Source: Treponema sp. (GTDB lineage Bacteria; Spirochaetota; Spirochaetia; Treponematales; Breznakiellaceae). From it: DNA of 64,000 nt. Location of the stretch: positions 8,885 through 72,884 of the forward strand of contig JAITCL010000119.1 in assembly GCA_031283105.1 (NCBI GenBank). Direction: 5' to 3'. Both the position numbers and the translations under genes were made by a program. Numbering within the stretch: the stretch's first letter is position 1; each line of letters starts with the position of its first letter. A model generated the notes under the pieces. It made no database searches and had not been told where the DNA came from. It was given only the letters and a program-made list of their open reading frames with translations. This document shows, one piece after another, positions 57,250-64,000 of this stretch.

Positions 57250-58602
57250 TTACCTTGCTTTACTCCGGTATGCCAGCGCCCGAAAACCGTTACGCTTAAC
57301 ACTTGCCAGACGGGTAAAATCCGGCGGCTTTTTCCGGTCAAAGCGTTCCGCGTCCGATGAACCAAAGGCGGCAAGAAAAATGCCGTCATCGGCAAGCAGC
57401 GGCGGCAGGGCGTCCCACAGCGCGGCAAGCTGGCTGTTTCCCTGATTGCCTTTGGCTGTTTTGGGCAGCGAGCTTTGCGGCAGTAATTCGGGAAAGGCGG
57501 CGATAAAGCCGTACTGCCGCCCGCCGACCGCTTCCAACAGCGCCGTCCTGCCCAACGATAAATCCGCCGCGGGAATAATGGATACTGCGGCATTGTGCCG
57601 CTGGACATTATGCCGCGCTGCTTCCAGCGCAAGGATATTTCTGCCGGACAGAACCATCGGTCTGGTTTTACCGTCCAAAAATTCAAGCAGCCAACAGGGG
57701 AAGAAGCCCTGCCCAGGTTCATGGATCAGCAGCGGGGCATTGCCGTCAAAGGGAAATTGCTGCGGCGCTGTTTTTTTCAGGCGGGCGGTGAGTTTTGCCG
57801 CAGCCAAAACCTCGCCGCCGGGGTGGTTAAAACCGGAAGCCCCGTGAATGGTTTCAAGGTGAATGGGTATGTCTTCAATTTGGCAGGTAACTGCGGCGCG
57901 GGCATAAAACGGGTACCGCGCATAAAAGCTCGTCCCGGTATGTACCGGAATTGCCGCCGGCAATTCTGCCGCTTTTCCGCCGTACACAAATACCGTATGG
58001 CCGGAACCTTGGTGTTCTCCTAAAAGTTCCGCATCAGCGGCAATCCGCTCCCGAAAAAAATCAGCCAATGGCTGTACCGCCACCATGAGAACCCTGCCGC
58101 CGGGATTCAACAGGCCCGCCGAGCGGCGGATAAAATCTTCCAGCACCGGAGGGCCAGCCTTGGCGGGAATATTGGTCAAAATCATATCCCAGCGCCCGCT
58201 GTCCGGCCCGGCCAGCAGCGGTTCGGTATACGCTTCCAGCGCCGCAGGGGAAACGCCGTTTTTTTCCGCGTTGTGCAGGGTAAGCAGCCGGGCCAATTCG
58301 TCCCGGTCTTGACAGCGAATTTGCACATCGTTAGTTGTAATCGCCTTCGCGGCGCATATCCCGATAACGCCGCAGCCGCAGCCTGAGTCCAGCAATCGCC
58401 GCGGCAGGTTTTTTCCCGCCGCTTTGTCATCATCCAAAATCCGCGAAAAAACTTTCAGTAAAAGCTGCGTTCCCGCGTCGATACCGGCGGAACTGAACAA
58501 TCCCTGCGAAAGATCAAAATTAAAATCTGTACCCCGAAATTTAAAGGGAACGGTCTTACTGATAAAATGGGAAATTAAATGCTGCTGTTCGTTTGCAGAT
58601 AT
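57250..58602 (-). CDS. Class I SAM-dependent methyltransferase (RsmC/MTS-like)
   Basis: GLFSSAGIDAGTQLLL, LDSGCGCGVIG, TNIPAKAG; the frame is open upstream of the TTG at 58500 to an ATA overlapping the efp stop (start uncertain). Confidence 0.8.
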   Translation of the reverse strand: MSANEQQHLISHFISKTVPFKFRGTDFNFDLSQGLFSSAGIDAGTQLLLKVFSRILDDDKAAGKNLPRRLLDSGCGCGVIGICAAKAITTNDVQIRCQDRDELARLLTLHNAEKNGVSPAALEAYTEPLLAGPDSGRWDMILTNIPAKAGPPVLEDFIRRSAGLLNPGGRVLMVAVQPLADFFRERIAADAELLGEHQGSGHTVFVYGGKAAELPAAIPVHTGTSFYARYPFYARAAVTCQIEDIPIHLETIHGASGFNHPGGEVLAAAKLTARLKKTAPQQFPFDGNAPLLIHEPGQGFFPCWLLEFLDGKTRPMVLSGRNILALEAARHNVQRHNAAVSIIPAADLSLGRTALLEAVGGRQYGFIAAFPELLPQSSLPKTAKGNQGNSQLAALWDALPPLLADDGIFLAAFGSSDAERFDRKKPPDFTRLASVKRNGFRALAYRSKAR

Positions 58603-59165
58603 CAGGAATTCACCCGTTCCAGATAATCGTTGGTTTCGGTGTTCACCAGGATTTTTTCACCCTGTTTGATAAACAGGGGCACCCGCACGGTCAGGCCGGT
58701 CTCGGTGGTAACCGGCTTGGTTGCGCCGGAAACCGTATCGCCCTTGACATAATTTTCGCTTTCCGCAACGGTAAACACCACTTTGTAGGGGATTTTTATG
58801 TCGATAACCTTTCCTTCCCAAATGGTCATTTCGTAGGGTTCCCCTTCTTTCAGATAGAATTTTTTATCCTCATTTTCCGCGATGGACACCTCGTACTGCT
58901 CAAAAGACTCGTTATCCATAAAGTGATAATTATCCTGATCCGCGTACTGGTACTGGCAGGTATGGACGGAAACCTGGGCGTCTTCAACTTCCTGCTGGGT
59001 AGGAATGGTCAAAGATAAAACAGACCCGTCCTTGATGCTTTTCATTTTTATCCGGGCAACCGCGGTTCCCTTTCCCGGATTATGAAATTCCCGTTCAACC
59101 ACCAGAAAAGGCTGCCCCTTCTGCAATAAACAACTTCCCTTAACAATATCTCCGCCTCGTATCAT
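58602..59165 (-). CDS. efp: Elongation factor P
   Basis: HNPGKGTAVARIKMK, FMDNESFEQ, KGDTVSGATKP..ETG..VPLFI. Confidence 0.96.
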   Translation of the reverse strand: MIRGGDIVKGSCLLQKGQPFLVVEREFHNPGKGTAVARIKMKSIKDGSVLSLTIPTQQEVEDAQVSVHTCQYQYADQDNYHFMDNESFEQYEVSIAENEDKKFYLKEGEPYEMTIWEGKVIDIKIPYKVVFTVAESENYVKGDTVSGATKPVTTETGLTVRVPLFIKQGEKILVNTETNDYLERVNS

Positions 59166-59304
59166 TATTTCCTCGCTTGGGTTTTGGTACTTTTAACCAA
59201 TTTGCCATATTATACTCTTTTTGTACTTATGGGGGAAGAGGCGAGCTATGTGAGGTGAGAAAGCAGGGAAGAATTTTTACCACGGAGGACACGGAGGAAG
59301 AGGA

Positions 59305-59705
59305 CAGGGATGGAATTTCAAATGTTTCCGCCCGCCGGCGGCGCGCCCGCCCACCCCCTCCGGCTGGTTCCTACCGTTCATAGGTGGCAGCATTTACCAT
59401 GTTACATTGATTATAGAGCGGCACAGGGGAGCAGCGCGGGGGTTGCCAAAACATTATGGGATTCTTCGACGGAGCAGACCAGAGAACAAAAGCAAAAACT
59501 AGGTGTACAGTAACAGCCGCACGGCACGGAAAGCAAGAGGACACGCTTATATATGGAATTACCCATAGTTATCAATAATGCACAGAAGCCGTGCGGGGGC
59601 TGCGTAGTTGAGTTCCCCCATCTGTTTTGGCAGCCCCGGCACTGTCCCCTGTGCCGGTTTATGCGCTATGTGTGTGTAGGTACAAAACTAAATACTGCCA
59701 CCCTG
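59305..59705 (+). mobile_element. Non-autonomous element with ISAs1-like ends enclosing structured copy B2 (59419-59656)
   Basis: Degenerate left end, inner TAGGTGGCAGCATTTA at 59381, right end AAAACTAAATACTGCCACCCTG; highly similar to 25046-25376. Confidence 0.72.
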
Positions 59706-59743
59706 AGTTTGCAAAAACCGGCAATCTCATGTACCCTTAAACC

Positions 59744-60703
59744 ATGAATGTTATTCTGGAAAAACTCGGAAAAATCGGCATTGTACCGGTGATAAAAATT
59801 GACGATGTGGAAAAGGCTGTTCCGTTGGCGAAGGCGCTGGCGGCGGGAGGCATCCCCTGCGCGGAGATTACCTTCAGGACGGCTCAGGGCGAGGATGCCA
59901 TCAGGCGCATAGCCGCCGGAGCGCCTGAGGTGCTGGTGGGGGCGGGAACGGTATTGACCACGGATCAGGTTGACCGCGCCGTCAGCGCCGGGGCGCAATT
60001 TATCGTCAGCCCCGGCTTTAATCCCCAGGTGGTGGCGCATTGTTTGCAGAAGGGAATCCCCGTCACCCCCGGCTGCGCCAATCCGTCGGATATTGAGCAA
60101 GCCCTGGAATTCGGCCTTGAAGCGGTAAAATTTTTCCCGGCGGAACAGGCCGGGGGCCTTGACTACATCAAGGCTGTTTCCGCCCCCTATCCCGGTCTGC
60201 AATTCATACCCACTGGCGGCATCAACGCGGGTAATATCGCCCGGTATATCGCCTTCGATAAAGTCCTCGCCTGCGGCGGTTCGTGGATGGCCGGCGCCGA
60301 CCTTATCAACGCCGGTGAATTTGAAAAAATTACCGCCCTGTCGCGGGAAGCGGTATTGGCCCTGTTGGGTTTCAGCGTCGCCCACATCGGCATCAATACC
60401 GGCGGATACGAAAAAGCCGCGCAAGCGGCGGTTCTTTTCAATTCATTATTTGGCTTTGCGATTAAAGAGGGGAACAATTCCACGTTTGCCGGGGACGCTC
60501 TCGAACTGGTAAAAACAACCGCGCCGGGAACCCACGGGCATATCGCCATTGCGACTAACAGTATCACGCGGGCAATAGCCCATCTGGAACGCGGCGGCGT
60601 TACATTTGACCACGCCAACGCCAAAAAAGACCCGCGCGGTAATGTATGTGCAATTTATCTGAAAGATGAAATTCTCGGTTTTGCCGTGCATCTGGTTCAG
60701 TAA
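59744..60703 (+). CDS. eda: KDPG/KHG aldolase with a C-terminal VOC-like domain
   Basis: AEITFRT, VGAGTVL, FIVSPG, VKFFPA, PTGGI; extension HIGIN...HGHIAI; promoter TTGCAA-N17-TACCCT 6 nt before the ATG. Confidence 0.92.
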   Translation: MNVILEKLGKIGIVPVIKIDDVEKAVPLAKALAAGGIPCAEITFRTAQGEDAIRRIAAGAPEVLVGAGTVLTTDQVDRAVSAGAQFIVSPGFNPQVVAHCLQKGIPVTPGCANPSDIEQALEFGLEAVKFFPAEQAGGLDYIKAVSAPYPGLQFIPTGGINAGNIARYIAFDKVLACGGSWMAGADLINAGEFEKITALSREAVLALLGFSVAHIGINTGGYEKAAQAAVLFNSLFGFAIKEGNNSTFAGDALELVKTTAPGTHGHIAIATNSITRAIAHLERGGVTFDHANAKKDPRGNVCAIYLKDEILGFAVHLVQ

Positions 60704-60736
60704 AGATGCCAACCACCTGTTTTTTCAGGCTGGTAA

Positions 60737-61600
60737 TCAGCCTTTTACCGCGCCGGCTGACACTCCTGTTGTTATTTGTTTTCTGAAAATTAAATAGAAA
60801 ATAATCATTGGCGTCATACCGATAACCAGCGCGGAAAATTGTTTGCCAAAATCAGAAGCCAGAGCGCCTGAAAACTGGTTTACGCCGACAGGCAGAGATT
60901 TAAGTTCGGTTTTTGAAACCAGAATGTTTATAAGCATAAATTCGTTCCAGGTTCCGGTAATGCCAAGAATAATAACCGTTGCTGCTACAGGCGCGGCGAC
61001 CGGCATAATAATTTTCCAGAAAATATGCAGATATTTCGCTCCATCAATACGGGCCGACTCGATGATCGAATCGGGAATACTCTTTATGTATTCGGTTCCC
61101 AGATAGACCGCTATCGGAAGTCCAATCCCTATATACGGAATAAGCACGCCAAGACGGGTATTGTACAAACCAACCGCGTTTATCATCAGAAACAGGGGCA
61201 CTAAAATAGATTGCAGGGTTAGCAAAATACCAATAATAAAGCTGCCATGCAAAACCGGAGTTAATCTGGACGGAAGTTTCGCAAAAGCGAAAGCGGCCAT
61301 AAAACTTAAAATAAGTATCGAAACAACCGTTATTGATGTATAAAAAACACTGTTAAGTATTAGTATGCCAAATCTCCCGGTTTCCCAGGCTATCGGATAA
61401 TTCTTGTAAAACCAGCGCGTGGGAAAAGCAAGTTTGCTGACTCTCATATATTCCTGGGTAGTTTTAAATGATTGAATTACCAGCCAGAAGATAGGGTATA
61501 TCGCCAGAACCGCAAAAATAATAACGATAAGATATATTAAAACAAGCGGTAATGGATTTGTATGTCGAATGTCACCCAATTCTTTACTCCTTTGCGCCAA
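60737..61600 (-). CDS. Carbohydrate ABC transporter permease (MalG-like)
   Basis: EAA motif IPDSIIESARIDGA, WNEF, GAVKG terminus. Confidence 0.93.
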   Translation of the reverse strand: MAQRSKELGDIRHTNPLPLVLIYLIVIIFAVLAIYPIFWLVIQSFKTTQEYMRVSKLAFPTRWFYKNYPIAWETGRFGILILNSVFYTSITVVSILILSFMAAFAFAKLPSRLTPVLHGSFIIGILLTLQSILVPLFLMINAVGLYNTRLGVLIPYIGIGLPIAVYLGTEYIKSIPDSIIESARIDGAKYLHIFWKIIMPVAAPVAATVIILGITGTWNEFMLINILVSKTELKSLPVGVNQFSGALASDFGKQFSALVIGMTPMIIFYLIFRKQITTGVSAGAVKG

Positions 61601-62483
61601 AGTATTTTTCTACGGATCGTGTAATAATTATCAAAATGAAACTGATGATTACCATAACCGTCGAGATGGCGTTGGCAACGGGATAATTTGGCGCGCCGCG
61701 GAAAGCCTTTTCGTACATATAAAGCGACAGAACGCTTGTTTTATGAGCCGGCCCCCCCTGAGTCATTACATAAATTAAATCAAATGATTTTAGCGAACCG
61801 GAAATCGCCAGGATCGCCGTGGCGACAATTACACCGGACAATGCCGGCAAAATAATGTACCGCAGGGTCTGCATTTCGTTCGCCCCATCTATTTTTGACG
61901 CTTCAATAATTGAAACATCTATTTTTTGCAGATTTGCCAAAAAGATGATGACATAAATGCCTGTATACATCCAGAGCATTACGACAAGAATCGGCATCAT
62001 GGGATTTTTGCCCGGATTAAATTCAGCGGCCGGATTAAAAATATGCTGGATTTCCAGCCATACGCTGTTGGAGCTTAAAAAGAATTTGTTAAATAAAATA
62101 CCAATAATAACGGCAGATATTACATTGGGCAGATAGATTACTGTCTGAAAAAAATCGGTTCCCTTTATTATGCCCCGTGATAAAATATACGCAAGGAAGA
62201 ACCCCAGCGGGATTTGTCCGAAAACTGACATAATAACAATAAACAAATTATTTTTTAATGACAGATAAAAATAGTTGTCGGTGAATATCGCCTTATAGGC
62301 TTTAATGCCCGCAAAACTGACATTCCGGTTACCAAAAATTTTTCCGCCGGAAAAATTCGTCAAACTTAATGTAACTGAAAAAACAGTAGGAAACGCCATC
62401 ACAAAGAGATAGAGGAACAAGGCAGGCACAACCAAAATTAAATATGAAGTGACAGCTTCCGTTTTTGAATTAATACTTTTCAT
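61584..62483 (-). CDS. Carbohydrate ABC transporter permease (MalF-like)
   Basis: LQKIDVSIIEASKIDGA, SFDLIYVMTQGGP. Confidence 0.93.
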   Translation of the reverse strand: MKSINSKTEAVTSYLILVVPALFLYLFVMAFPTVFSVTLSLTNFSGGKIFGNRNVSFAGIKAYKAIFTDNYFYLSLKNNLFIVIMSVFGQIPLGFFLAYILSRGIIKGTDFFQTVIYLPNVISAVIIGILFNKFFLSSNSVWLEIQHIFNPAAEFNPGKNPMMPILVVMLWMYTGIYVIIFLANLQKIDVSIIEASKIDGANEMQTLRYIILPALSGVIVATAILAISGSLKSFDLIYVMTQGGPAHKTSVLSLYMYEKAFRGAPNYPVANAISTVMVIISFILIIITRSVEKYFGAKE

Positions 62484-62498
62484 TACCGCCTTGTCTCC

Positions 62499-62630
62499 AA
62501 AAAAAGGGAACTACTGATTAATTCAACTTTGGGAATTTTTACCACGGAGTGTACGGAGGAATGAAATATCGTATCAAAACTCCGTGGTTTTTAATTCCTT
62601 CTGTCGAATTAATCAGTTCTCCCTTTTTTT
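62499..62630. repeat. Palindromic repeat element between the binding-protein and permease genes
   Basis: aaaaaaggga..ctgattaattc arms enclosing ACCACGGAG...CTCCGTGGT. Confidence 0.75.
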
Positions 62631-62634
62631 AAAA

Positions 62635-63975
62635 CTAGTTTTTGGCCTTCCAGGTGTTATATGCCGCCTGAACCGTTGCCGCTACCTGGGCGCCGGTTTT
62701 CTGGCCAAGACCAAGCTCCACAAGGCCGTCGTTAATGGGCGTATACACATCGGAGTGGAAAACGCCGTCGATAACGCAGGTGCCGACAGAATATTCTTTA
62801 CCAAGATTACCGACCGCTACCTGCATTGGCTCCATTTTAATCTTGCTGAAGTCAACGTCATTGCGCGTCGGAGTCGCGATACCGCCGGTTTCCAGCCGCC
62901 GTGAAAGGACTTCGGGGCCCAAAAGCCACTTAATCAAACGCCATGCGGCGTCTTCTCTTGGGGAACCCGCGGGGATAGCGGCGCTCATCGCATAGCCTAC
63001 GCCGGGAATCACCGAAGTTGTCTTATTGATTTTCGCGCCTTCAATATCGGGGAATACGGTTACGAGGATTTTCTTTTGTTTTTCGGGGCTGATTAACGCT
63101 TCGCCCGTGCTTGCGTCGGTAAGCCATGAACCAACGCGCCAATCGCCGTCAATGTAGTAGGCGCTTTTGTTGGTAGCGAACAGGCCGGGGCCCTCGCCAT
63201 AGTCAATGCCCAGCGCGTTTCTGGAAATTACGTTATCCGCGTAAAGCTGGCGGATAAAACTAAGGGCCGCGACAAAGTCGGGGTCTGTAAATTTGGCCTG
63301 TCCCGAAAGGATTTTGTTTTCCCAGCCCGCGCCGCAGAAACGGCCGGCAATAGCGGAGAACAGACAGCTTTGCATAACCCAGGTATCTTTATTGGGCATT
63401 ATGACGGTTTCATAACCTTTTGCCTTTAATACCGGCACCTGCGCTTTGAGTTCCGCGTAGGTTTTAGCGGGTTTCAGTCCGCAGGCATCCAGCACTTCGG
63501 TATTTACATAAAATGTATGGCTCGCCGTAATGGACTGGGGAAGCATTGCCTGATAACCGGAAGCCTGTTGCGTGGGATCCAGTGCTACGGCTACATATTT
63601 ACCTTGAAGATTGTCTTTTCTAATAAAAGGAGTAAGATCCTTAAGCAGTTTGTTCTGATGCAGGCCTGTTGAACGTCCGGACGGCCATACATACATTACA
63701 TCGGGGATATTGCCTGAAGCGATATAGGCGTTGGTTTTGTCATGGAACGGTTCGTTGAACAGATCTTCCTTGTCAATGGATACATCGGGATTATTCTGAA
63801 GGAATGTCTCCCACATCCATTTCTCAAATGCCGCGGCATTGGCTACCGTCAAGTCTGTGTAGTTTAAGACCTTTAAAGTAGTCTTTCCGCCTGCCGATTC
63901 ATTGCCCCCGCCGGCAAAACTCAGAGCAGATACCAGTACCAATAGGATACTGATGGCTATCATCTTTTTCTTCAT
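62635..63975 (-). CDS. Carbohydrate ABC transporter substrate-binding protein
   Basis: Treponemal signal ..LSFAGGG, SGNIPDVMYVW, AYYIDGDW, AAWRLIKWL; SD GGAGG. Confidence 0.92.
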   Translation of the reverse strand: MKKKMIAISILLVLVSALSFAGGGNESAGGKTTLKVLNYTDLTVANAAAFEKWMWETFLQNNPDVSIDKEDLFNEPFHDKTNAYIASGNIPDVMYVWPSGRSTGLHQNKLLKDLTPFIRKDNLQGKYVAVALDPTQQASGYQAMLPQSITASHTFYVNTEVLDACGLKPAKTYAELKAQVPVLKAKGYETVIMPNKDTWVMQSCLFSAIAGRFCGAGWENKILSGQAKFTDPDFVAALSFIRQLYADNVISRNALGIDYGEGPGLFATNKSAYYIDGDWRVGSWLTDASTGEALISPEKQKKILVTVFPDIEGAKINKTTSVIPGVGYAMSAAIPAGSPREDAAWRLIKWLLGPEVLSRRLETGGIATPTRNDVDFSKIKMEPMQVAVGNLGKEYSVGTCVIDGVFHSDVYTPINDGLVELGLGQKTGAQVAATVQAAYNTWKAKN

Positions 63976-64000
63976 TCAAATACCTCCTATAAAAATGAAT

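Noticed and set aside
803-62995. Numerous long antisense or alternate-frame ORFs in the ORF track
   Set aside because: They are shadows of well-supported genes in GC-rich coding DNA, with no motifs or translation signals

Overview
The window comes from a spirochaete chromosome. Gene content, the cmk-rpsA fusion, FlaA sheath proteins and the lipoprotein types point to Treponema/Breznakiellaceae of the termite-gut type; this assignment is inferred, not database-checked. The backbone is housekeeping: truA-scpAB-rluB-cmk/rpsA, fba, flaA-like genes, the dcw cluster mraZ-ftsZ, xerD-dprA-topA-xerC-hslVU, flgBC-fliEFGH, efp, eda and a sugar ABC transporter. Accessory content includes two type II toxin-antitoxin pairs, GH43 and GH5 glycoside hydrolases and several lipoproteins. 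Two features stand out. (1) A dispersed ~210-240 nt structured element occurs as 4 full copies and 1 partial copy in two subfamilies. The subfamilies have different stem sequences but the same fold, and all full copies keep a near-invariant 39-nt core; three copies lie inside ISAs1-like inverted ends. This is a candidate undescribed ncRNA or mobile-element system. (2) An intact 3.6-kb IS1595-family cargo transposon (perfect 29-bp IRs, 8-bp target duplication) carries an XRE regulator, a repeat lipoprotein and a phage tail-fibre-like gene. Intergenic regions also contain several families of palindromic MITE/REP-like repeats. No tRNA, rRNA or CRISPR array was seen. All calls were made by eye, without database searches.
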